A stretch of DNA of 64,000 nucleotides, taken from positions 12,648,001 to 12,712,000 of the forward strand of contig NC_086109.1 in assembly GCF_963921235.1 (NCBI RefSeq). Reading direction: 5' to 3'. Positions 35,231-45,898 of this stretch are shown here, one piece after another. How positions within the stretch are numbered: the first letter of the stretch is position 1; each line of letters opens with the position of its first letter. The translations under genes and the position numbers were made by a program. The notes below the pieces were generated by a model. The model was not told the DNA's origin and did no database searches. It saw nothing but the letters and a program-made list of their open reading frames with translations. The stretch is from Mobula hypostoma (taxonomy: Eukaryota).

Positions 35231-36820
35231 TAGGGCAAAATAGCAGTCAATAGGATGAGTTTCAACATAAAAGGCAGACAAGATCGAACAGGGTGAATAC
35301 ACCGTTAAATTTGAAAATGTGCAGTATACGGAATAAGGTAGAGGAACTTGTCACAAAGTTGTAGATTGGCATGTATGATGTTGTAGGCATCACTGAATCA
35401 TGGCTGAAAGAAGATTATAGCTTGGAGCACATTGTTTCGAAAGAACAGACAAGAAGGCAACAAGGGTGGCATTGCTCTGTTTATTAGAATGAAATCAAAT
35501 CATCAGAAAGAGGTGACATTGGGTCGGAAGATATTGATGTTGACATTGCCTCTGATGGTAGTTGTATACAGACCACCAAACTGTAGTAAGGATGTGGCCT
35601 ACAAATTACAATAAAGATAGAAAATGCATGTACTGTGTGCTAAGTTTGCACGAAAAGCCCTTTCTACATCACTCCTATTTCCTAGTTTGTTGCTTCTTCA
35701 GCAGCAAGTTCACAAAACAGATTTGATTGAATTATCATCATGGCAGATACTGAATGTGGAAATGTTGGAGGGGTGTAGAAGAGTTCACAGGTTTGATGCA
35801 TGTATTAGAAGACCATAAGACCAAAAGGCATAGGAGAAGAATTAGGCCAATCTTCCCCTTGGGTCTATTCCACCATTTCATCATGTTTGATTTATTTTTA
35901 CTCTCAATCTCATTATCCTGACTTCTCCCTGTAGCCTTTGATGTCCTTGCTAATCAAGAAACTATCAATGTCCACTTGAAATACACCCGGTGTCTTGGCC
36001 TCCGCAGCCATCTGTGGCAGTGAATTCCACAGATTCATCACTCTCAATTTCATCTTTGTTCCAAAGGAACATCCTGTACTCTGAGGCTGTACCCTCTGGT
36101 CTTAGACTCCTTTTCTACAGGCAACATCCCTTCCACATCCATTCTATCTAGGCCTTTCAATATTCAATAGTTCAATGTACATTTATCATCATTGTATGCA
36201 TACATTATACAATCCTGAGGTTAGTTTCCTTACAGGCAGCCACAAACCAAAGAAACCCAAAATAACCCACAAATAAAAGAAGACCTCCAAACACCCAGTG
36301 TACAGAGAGAGAAAAGAACAAATCAAAAATAAAAGGAAGCAAATAGCATTTAGAAGAAAAGTGAGCCCTCAGACTCAAAGACTGGAGCAGTGGGGAGGGT
36401 CACTCCCTCAGCCTCAAATCAGCACATGGAACCCGTAGACACGAAGCCCAGATCGTAACTTCAACTCACAATCACGACAACCTTCAACATGGGCTTCAAC
36501 AACCTTCAACCTCCACCATTTAGTTTTCAACATCAGCAGTTTCCCCAATAACTCAATGCACCTAACATATTTAATCAAGTAAAAAAATGAAACTTCTGGA
36601 GAAATGTGGGGAGAGAGGTGGGATCCGCAGAGGCAACATTTTTAGGTTAACACTCTGCTTCAGGACATCTCCAGCAGTTTGTTTTTGCTGAAGATTAGAC
36701 CAACTGCTGTTTCTTGTATCTACCATTTTAACTCTTCTCAACATTTTATTCAGTTTTTGGGAATTGCTTAAATGTTTCTGTCTTGCTAAATATAGCTAAA
36801 AGCTTTTCAGATTGTCACAT

Positions 36821-36858
36821 ACCACACCCCTGTTGTGGTTCTCTTATTGAACTTCCTG
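36821..36858 (+). promoter_or_regulatory. Candidate RUNX + ETS/PU.1 promoter module
   Basis: ACCACA (36821), TGTGGTT (36834) and ACTTCCTG (36851), 85-120 bp upstream of the leader ATG; conserved at 40382-40406 and 48642-48688. Confidence 0.5.
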
Positions 36859-36940
36859 CTGCCGTCTTCCTCATTTTTATTTCACTGTTACTTCTTGCTG
36901 AGGACAGACAGGTCCTGGCTGGGTCTCTGTGAATAAAGCA

Positions 36941-36977
36941 ATGTGGACTTCAATTCCTCTGATTGGTTTCCTACCTG
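36941..36977 (+). pseudogene. Leader (signal peptide) exon of receptor pseudogene 1
   Basis: ATG TGG ACT TCA ATT CCT CTG ATT GGT TTC CTA CCT G|GTGAGT = MWTSIPLIGFLP, phase 1. Confidence 0.8.
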
Positions 36978-37228
36978 GTGAGTGACAGCAAGCACTGGTC
37001 ATTTGCGTTAGTTTGGAGGTCGTCCACCATTTGCAGAACAGAACTTGATGCGTGCAGACACTACAGATGATTGAATCTGGAGTTCAGAGCAAACTTCCGG
37101 AGGAAGTCAGTGAGCCAAGCAGCATCTGTTAGGGGGAAGAGAACTGTCGACAGTTTAGGCTGAGTCTCTGCATCAAGTCTGAGTGTAGAGGAAGATAGTG
37201 TAAATAGGAGAGGGGGAGATGTGCAACG

Positions 37229-37445
37229 CACCGCTCACACACAAAGTATTGGTACCATGGAGAGAGTCAACAATGTTCAGTTTTAGTGGAAACAAATGAG
37301 CAACACGGACGGAGTAGCCGAGTGTCAATCACAGATGACCCGGAATGGGGACTATTTGCTGTTACTATGGAGGATCTTCACAAGGGAGATACAGGATGGT
37401 ACGGCTGTAGAATTACAGCAACAGGTGTTGATACGAGATTTTATG
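37229..37445 (+). pseudogene. V-set Ig exon remnant of pseudogene 1 (both ends deleted)
   Basis: HRSHTKYWYHGESQQCSVLVETNEQHGRSSRVSITDD..FAVTMEDLHKGDTGWYGCRIT aligns to the 50125 V exon. No acceptor or first Cys; fused to repeats on both sides. Confidence 0.85.
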
Positions 37446-37744
37446 CTCATAGAATTGCTGCTCCATGGATAATTTTTTTTTTTGCTTTTTGCACTATTCT
37501 CTACCAACTCTAGAGACAGTGAGTGTGAAAATCCCAGGAGATCTGCATTATCTGAGATACTCAAATCACCGCTTACAATCATTTCATGAGTAAAGTTACT
37601 TTGATCACACTTCTTCCACATTCTGATGTTTGACCTGAACAACAACTGAATCTCTGGACCATGTCTGCATGCTTTTATGGACTGTGTTGAATTGAATTGA
37701 GTATATTTCTTACATCCTTCACATACATGAGGAGTAAATATCAT

Positions 37745-38775
37745 TACACTACATCTCTGTCTGATTCTGCAAAGTGCAATTTATAGTCATTTGTAATAAA
37801 TAGTACGTACAACAGGACAGTCAATATAGCATAGACATACAATTGTATCAGCGTGAATTAATCTGTCTGATGGCCTGATGGAAGAAGATGTCCCAGAACA
37901 GTTTGTGGTTAGGGTGACTTGGGTCCCTAATGATCCTACAGGCCTTTTTTATGCACCTATCACTATAAATATCCTGGATATTGGGAAGTTCACATCCACA
38001 GATGTGCTGGGCTGTCCACACCACTCTCTGCAGAGTCCTGTGATTGAGGGAGGTACAGTTCCCATACCAGGCCGTAATGCAGCCAGTCAGAATGCTCTCA
38101 ATTGTGTCCCTGTAGAAAGTCCTGAGGATTTGGGGACCCATGCCAAACTTCTTCAACCATCTGAGGTGAAAGAGTTGCTGTTGTGCTTTTTACGCCACAC
38201 AGCCAGTATGTACAGACCACTTGAGATCCTTGGTGATATGTATGCCAAGGAACTTAATGCTGTTTACCCTCTCAACCTCAGATCCATTGATGTCAATAGT
38301 GGTTAGCCTGTGTCCATTCCTCCTGTCATCCACAACAAGCTCCTTTGTTTTTGCGACATCGAGGGAGAGGTTGTTTTCTTGACACCACAGTGTCAGGGTG
38401 ATGACATCCCTGTAGGCTGTCTTGTTATTATTTGAGATAAGGCCAATCAATATAGTATCATCTGCAAATACAATCAGCAGATTGGAGCTGTAGGTGACAA
38501 CACCATCATGAGTATACAGAGAGTAAAGGAGGGCGCTTAGGACACAGCCCTGAGGGGCTCCTGTGTTGAGGGTCAGAGGGGCAGAGATGAGGGAACCCCC
38601 TTTTACCACCTGCCGGCGAACTGACAGGAAGTCCAGGATCCAGCTGCACAAGGCAGGGTGAAGGCTGAGGTCTCTGAGTATCTTGTCAAGCCTGGAGGGA
38701 ATTATGGTGTTGAATGCTGAACTGTGGTCCAAGAACAGTATCCTCACATCAGCATCCCTCTTCTCCAGGTGTGTA
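37745..38775 (-). mobile_element. Rex1/Babar-like LINE with partial RT
   Basis: Minus ORFs 38190-38747 (RILFLDHSSAFNTIIP, GAPQGCVLS.LLYSLYT, FADD) and 37848-38156. Confidence 0.9.
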
Positions 38776-38911
38776 AGTACGCTGCCACATGATTGGCTAA
38801 TTAGATATTTGCATTTACAAACAGGTGAACAGGTGCACCTAATAAAGTGGCAGAGGAGTTTTTGGTTTCATATGTTCATTTAGTGTCTGATTATTGAATT
38901 CCTTTCCACAG

Positions 38912-39150
38912 AACCTGTGTCTTCTTCTGTGCTTCGATATCTGTCAACAGCAAATGTTTCACGTCTCGGGGACTCAGTGTCAGTTTCCTGTGAGTCCTTG
39001 CAGGGATCCCTTCCCATTCAGTACACATGGTATGAAATAACCTCATCTGGGTATCCAACGGTATCAGGCACCAACGAAGTGGCTCTACGTTGTCAATCCT
39101 TCAAACACAAGTACCATCAATATTACTGCAGTGCCTGGAATTGGCACTGA
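38912..39150 (+). pseudogene. C2-type Ig exon remnant of pseudogene 1 (3' truncated)
   Basis: ttccacAG acceptor; (E)PVSSSVLRYLSTANVSRLGDSVSVSCESLQGSLPIQYTWY..YYCSAWNWH*; diverges into repeat where the 52619 exon continues. Confidence 0.85.
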
Positions 39151-40059
39151 ACCACTACTCACAAGATTTACTTTTTTCAATTTTTTGCACCATCCTCTGT
39201 GAACTTTAGAGACTGTGCAAATCCCAGGAGATCATCAGTTTCTGAGATACTCAAACGACTCCATCTGGCACCTACAATCATTCCACAGTAAAGTCACGTA
39301 GAACACATTTCTTCCCATTCTGATGTTTGTTCTGAAGAACAACTGAACCTCTCGACCATGATTTTTCTCTTCCTCTCATTCCTTTCTCTTCCTCCGTTAA
39401 CTTTTTGTCATCAACCCTTTACTCGATGACTCATCATGGATGACATTTTAACTCAAGCAAGAGAAAAGGCTTCTGGAGGAATTTAGGGAGTCAGATAGCA
39501 TCTGCAGATTGAATTGAATTGAATTCACTTTACTTCTTACATCCATCACATACATAAGGAGTAAAAATCTTTACGTTACATCTTCATCTGAATGTGCAAT
39601 GTGCAAATTACAGTAATTTGTAATAAAGAGTATGAACAGTAAGATATAGAACAGAACAGTCAATATAGCTTAGAAATACAATTGTGTCAGTGTGAATTAA
39701 TCAGTCTGATGGTCTGGTGGAAGAAGCTGTCCCGGAGCCTGTTGGTCCTGGCTTTTATGCTGCGATACTGTTTCCTGGATCGTAGCAGCTGGAACAGTTT
39801 GTGGTCGGGGTAACTTGGTTTTGCTAATAATCCTTCGGGTCCTTTTTACGCACCTGTCACTGTTAATGTCCTGCAGAATGGTCAACATTTCAGATTAAGC
39901 TGCTGCATCATGACTCCTCCAGCAATTTATTTTTGCTGCAGATTATAACATGTGCTGTCGCTGGCGTCTAACAATTCGACTTTTCTCATTATTTCTATCT
40001 GTTATTAGGAATTGTCTTTAATTTTGACAAATATAATTAAGAGCTTTAGATATTCTGGC

Positions 40060-40350
40060 CTTTTACCTCATCCCACCGTCATATCACTTCCCCCGGGTCT
40101 ACTTCTCCTTCCCTTTCTCCTATGTTCCACGGTCCTCTCCAGCCCTTTACCTTACCCACCCACTTGGCTTCACCAATCACTTTCCAGCTAGCCTGCATCC
40201 CCTCACCCCATCCTTTCATTCTGGTGTCTTCCCCTTTCCTTTTCAGACCTGATAAAGGATCCCGGCCCAAAACATCGACCGTGTGATCATTTACATAAAT
40301 GCTTCCTGACCTACTGAGTTCCTCCAGAATTTTGTGTGTGTTGCTTTTCA
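40060..40350 (+). mobile_element. Penelope-derived non-coding pLTR repeat (decayed hammerhead) inserted in a promoter block
   Basis: cctgataaaggatcccggcccaaaacatcgacc..ctactgagttcctccagaattttgtgtgtgttgc. Related copies at ~37070-37220, 40615-40770, 41520-41610, 41860-41960, 45950-46375, 48895-49200 and 60845-61260. Confidence 0.7.
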
Positions 40351-40488
40351 TATGTTCACATATCAGCCTAAGTTAGCTCACTGTGGTTTCGCGATTGGAC
40401 TTCCTGCCCTCTTCTTCCTTATTTTTATTCAACAGTAATTTCACTCTGTGAACAGACAAGTGCTGACAGGGTCTCAGTGAATAAAACA

Positions 40489-40525
40489 ATGTGGATTTCG
40501 ATTCTTCTGATTAGTTTCCTACCCG
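40489..40525 (+). CDS. Lone leader exon (receptor gene 2); no Ig exon of its own found downstream
   Basis: MWISILLISFLP G|GTGAGT, with upstream TGTGGTTT and ACTTCCTG. Confidence 0.65.
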
Positions 40526-43128
40526 GTGAGTGACAACCAGCATGGGGCATTTTTATAATCAGTTTTGGTTTGCATTGTTTCCAAAACAGGGCTTGAATAC
40601 ATGTAGACACTAAAGATGTCAGAAACTGGAGTTCAGAGAAATCTCCTGGAGGAACTCAGCAGGCCAAGCAGCATCTGTCAGGGGAAAGGGAATTGTTGGT
40701 GGTTTGGGTTGAGTCCCTGCATTGAACCTGAGTGGAGAGGGAAAATAGTGTAAATAGGAGAGAGGAGATTGTGAAATAGGATCAGTTACTTGGACTGCAC
40801 CCCAGGGTTCTGAAGGAACTAACTGAAGAGATTGTAGAGGCATGAGTAATAATTTTCAAGTATGGTTCCAGAGGAATGGAAAACTACAAATGTCACTCAT
40901 TTCTTTAAGAAGAGAGGGAGACAAAAGGCAGAAAGTTATAGGACAATTAGTCCGACTTCAGTGGTTGGTAAGATGTCAGAATCTGTTATTAAGGATGAGG
41001 TTTCAGAGTACTTGGAGATATATGGTAAGATAGGCTGAAGTCAGCATAATTTGCTTAAGGAGAAATCTACCCTGCCAAATTTGTTAGAATTAACAGGCTG
41101 CATAGTGGATGATGTTTACTTGGATTTTCAAAATCCTTTTGACAAAGTGCTGCACTAGTCAAAGTCAAAGTAAATTTATTATCAAAGTACATGCATGTCA
41201 GCATATACTACTGTGAGATTCATTTTCTTTCAGGCGTTTAGAGAAAAATAAAGCAATGTGATAGAATTTGTGTAAACCTTCGTAAACGAAGTCAGACAAA
41301 CAACCAAGGTGCAAAAGAAGACCAATAGTGCAGATAAAAATACACATATTTTAATACATTATTTTCATACTGCGAGTATGAGCTGCAGAATCCTTGAAAG
41401 TGAGACTGATTCCATGTGTTGTGGAATCAGTTCACAGTTCAAGTGAGTGAAGTTATCCACATCGGTTCAGGAGTCTGATGGTTAAAGGGTAATTACTGTT
41501 CCTGAAAATTGGGGAGTAGACGCTGAAGGGTCTGAGCCCGAAACGTGGACAGTACCTGTTTTTGTAGATGCTGCCTGGCCTGCTAAGTTTCTCTGGCATT
41601 TGTGTGTTACTATAAGATCAATCTAATCCATCCCTTCTGAAGCTCTCCTATAATCCATAAGCCTATCTAAGAGTTTTTTAAGTGTATCTGCCTCTACCAT
41701 CACTCCTGGAAAGGCTTTTCTGCTCCCACCACTCTGTGTAAAGAACATGCCTCAGACACCCTCTCAATCCTTTCCTCTTTGGTTTTGATGATGTTGAATG
41801 AGAGATAGTTGTTGTGACACCATTCAGCCAGATTTTCAAACGTTCTCCTATATACTGATTGAACACACACAAGTGTTGAAGGAACTCAACAGATCAGGCA
41901 GCATCTATGTAAAGGAATTAGCAGTGGATGTTTTTGGGCCAAGACCCTTCATTGAACCCAGTTTCAGGTCAGGGACCCCTCCTCAGATCTGGATAAAAAA
42001 TGGAAGACTGTCAGTTTAGAAAGCAGATCTGCTCAGAGGAATGATGTGTAAGACAAAGACAATACAGTTCAGTCCCAGATGATGAAGCCCTGATTTATGG
42101 ACACTTCTGCATATGAAAACAGATCTCTACATAGTGATGTAAATTATTTGAAATATAAAACACAAAATAATTAATTGCATAAGTATTCACCTCCTTCAAG
42201 TCAGTACTTCGTAGATGCACTTTTGGCAACAATTACTGCTTTGAGTCTGTGTTCGAACTTCCGTATTCTTTACTTGTCTTATTCTGTAAAAATAGAATAT
42301 AGTTAAGTATCAATGGATGCCTCACGTAAACTAACTGTTGCAACCTTTCCCTGCATTGCCCTATCACTTCAGATCATAAGACGATGACACATAGTGGCAG
42401 AAGAAGGCCATTCAGCCCATTGAGACTGTATCACCATTCTATAATGGCTCATTTATTGTTCACCTCAACCCTATTCTCCCAGTACCTTTTGACACCCTTA
42501 CTAAACAAAAACCTATCAACCTCTGCTTTAAATATATCCAAGGACTTAGCCTCCTCAGCCATCTGTGATAATGAATTCCACAGAATCAGTACCTTTTGGT
42601 CAGGGACTCTTCTATCAGAGGAAACAGCCTCTCCATATAGACTCCAACCAAGGTCTAGGCCCTTCGCTATTCAAGAGGTTTCAATGAGAACCCTTCCCCA
42701 ATTCTTCGAAACTCCAGTGAGTACAGACCCCAAGACTTCAAGCACTCCTCACATATTTACCCTTTCATGCCTGGGATTGTTCTCGGGAACCTCCTCTGGA
42801 TCCGCTCCAATTACAGCACATCCTTTCAAAGATAAAGGGCCAAAAACTGTTCACCATCTTCCACGTGCAGTCTGACCAATACCTCATAAAGCTGCTCTTT
42901 TTGTATGACTTCTCAACAACCGAATGGAAAATGTTTTACAATCCCACCGTTGTATTTACAGGTATGCACAGTATTGGGATGAGGTTTAAACACAATGGTT
43001 AAATGACCTTTTCACTTTTCTTCACCAAATTGTTATCGTCATTCAGTGATCTAGCTGCTGAAACAAAAATACTTTGCTGAAGATGTTTTGTATCTCTGCA
43101 CTTGTTCTCATCAGCATATTGACCCATA

Positions 43129-44077
43129 GTTAAAAACACAGAAAACCTAGAGCACAATACAGGCCCTTCGGCCCACAAAGCTGTGTCGAACATGTCCATA
43201 CCTTAGAAATTACCTAGGGTTACCCATAGCCCTCTGTTTTTCTAAGCTCCATGTACCTATCCAGGAGTCTCTTAAAAGACCCTATCTATCCACCTCCACC
43301 ACCATTGCCGACAGCACATTCCATGCACTCACCACTCTCTGCATTAAAAACATACACCTGACATCTCCTCTGTACCTACTTCCAAGCACCTTAAAACTAT
43401 GCCCTCTCATGCTAGCCATTTCAGCCCTGGGAAAAGGCATCTAACTATCCACACAATCAATGCTTCTCATCATCTTATACACCTCTATCTACACAGCTTA
43501 TCCTCCGTCGCTCCAAGAAGAAAAGGTCGAGTTCACTCAACCTATTCTCATAAGGCATGCTCCCCAATCCAGGCAACATCCTCGTAAGTCTCTTCTGCAC
43601 CCTTTCTATGGTTTCCACATCCTTCCTGTAGTGAGACAACCAGAACTGAGCACAGTACTCCAGGGTCCTATACACCTGCAACATTACCTCTCGGCTCCTA
43701 AACTCAATCCCATGATTGATGAAGGCCAATGTACTGTATGCCTTCTCAACCACAGAGTCAACCTATGCAGTACCTTTGAGTGTCCTACGGACTCGGACCC
43801 CAAGAACCCTCTGATCCTCCACACTGCCAAGAGTCTTACCATTAATACTATATTCTGCCATCATACTTGACCTACCAAAATGAACCACTTCACACTTATC
43901 TGGGTTGAACTCCATCTGCCACTTCTTAGCCCAGTTTTGCATCCTATCAATGTCCCGTTGTACCCTCTAACAGCCCTCCACACTATCCACAACATCTCGA
44001 CTTTTGTATCATCATCAAATTTACTAACCCATCCCTCCACTTCCTCATCCAGGTCATTTATAAAAATTACCTTTGGG
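43129..44077 (-). mobile_element. CR1 3' fragment inserted in duplication block B
   Basis: Minus ORFs 43861-44091 (FINDLDEEVEGWVSKFDDDTK) and 43475-43753. Confidence 0.8.
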
Positions 44078-44477
44078 AAGTGATGGGGCAATGCAGGAAG
44101 AGGCTAGAGTAATCTGTCAATGTGTAGCATCTGTTGTTACTTCTCTATATACTGTTTGGTAAGACGAATAAAGAAGACAGAAGTTCTAACCACAACTTTC
44201 GCTGAGGGTGAACTTTACACTGATGACAGCTGTGACTGATGCAATGGAGTCAGCACTCATACTATACATGTACATAATTTAAGCAGATATACATTCATGG
44301 CTAATATACTGCACTGTTTTCCCCTAAAGCAAATGTAACAAACCTAAACTAACAAAAGCTCTCCCTGTATACTGAATTATTTTATCATTTATCTCTTGAT
44401 ATACAATGTGAAATTAAGTGTTTATAAACAATTGCAAAGTCAGCAACAAGATTTCAGGAAAATATAAATGAGCTACA

Positions 44478-45898
44478 TGTCATGGTCCGGATCAGGGTCC
44501 CTTTAAATTTACTTTGTTTACGTTACGATCCGGACTGTTGATTCCCTGTTCTCCCATGTCCCTCGACTTTGGTGATTACAGACAATTAACGCTTGGCTGA
44601 ACCGGTAGTTTAGAGTCTCCGGCTTTCAGCCGTTTGGGGCGGGAGCGTCTGCAAAGTCACGGCGTGCCAATGTCATCTGGCCGGAGTAAGCCTTGTCTCC
44701 GCCCGAAGCGAGTGCTGGTAATTCGTCTTTCCTCACCGGAGCAACCCTGTCCAGTTACCTCACCGAAGCGAGCCTGCAAAGTTTCCTCATCAAGTTGGGT
44801 CCGTCAGTTAACCTGCCGGAGAGAATCAAGAGCCGCAGTCTACTGTTCCCGGGCCGAGTCAAGAGCTCAGCACTACCCGGAGGTTCCAAGCACCACGTCC
44901 TGGCTCCGGTGGCATCCAAGTACCACATCCACGTCCTGGCTCCGGTGGCATCCAAATACCACTTCCATGTCCTGGCTCAGGCGGCATTCAAGTAGCATTG
45001 TCAAGTCCTGGCCCCGGCGGCGTTCAAGTACCATGTCAAGTCCTGGCCCCTGGCGGCGTTCAAGTACCATGTCAAGTCCTGTCCCTGGCGGCGTTCAAGT
45101 ATCATGTCAAGTCCTGGTCCTGGTGGCTTCCCAGTTCTGAGTCAAGTCCTGGCCCTGGCGGTCTGTGATTCCTGTCCTACCCCCTTGTCTGAATCCCTTC
45201 TCTGCCCCTCTCGCCTCTAGCCCTCGTCTGCAGCCCCCATCTGCACTTAAGTCTAGTTCCATCAGCGGAGCTAGATAGGTACTGTTTGGTGTTCATTCAT
45301 GTTGGTCTGGTCTTGTCTTGTCTTGTCCTCGCCTCCGTGGGGTAAGTCAGGCCGTCTTGCTGTTGCCCCACGGGGAGTCATGTCTTGTCTTGTCCTGTCC
45401 TCGCCTCCGTGGGGTAAGTCAGGCCGTCTTGCCATTGCCCCGCGGAGGGTCATGAGTCCCGGCCCTATGTCCTGTACCCAAGGAGGGGTCCCAGCTCTCT
45501 GTTCTGTGTATGTGTCCATGGTTCCATGTACCTGCTGTCCCGAGACCGAGGCTCTGTGTTCCCATGTTCCTCCTCTCCCTAGCCCATGTCATGTCCATGC
45601 CTGGTTCTGGGGTCCGAGCCCGAGGCAAGACCCAGGTACTAGGTCCTTGCCCAGTCTTGGGCTCGGAGTCCATACCCTAGCCTTTTTATGTCTCCTCTAG
45701 TTCTGGGAGCCAATTCCGAGTCCAAGCCCAGACCCTTGGTCCCAGCCTAGTCGTAGTCCTGAGTCCTTATCCTGTTCGCTATTCCTGCTTCTGTCTTGCT
45801 CTCCAGGTATCGTACAATAAACTAAACCTAAGTAACTTCACAAGATGTGTCTTGCATTAGGGTCCACTCTTGCTCCCAAAGCCCCTACCATTGTGACA
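44478..45898 (+). mobile_element. Solo LTR (1421 bp) with perfect 5-bp TSD and internal minisatellites
   Basis: CTACA|TGTCATGG..TGTGACA|CTACA; ~36-bp repeats at 44880-45120; ~70-bp direct repeat at 45310-45450; AATAAA at ~45816. Confidence 0.92.

Larger units (their letters stand above)
32520..37000 (+). repeat. Segmental duplication unit, copy 3, leading into the leader exon at 36941
   Basis: Blocks homologous to 25080-27660 and to the pre-promoter/promoter at 47620-48800. Confidence 0.85.
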
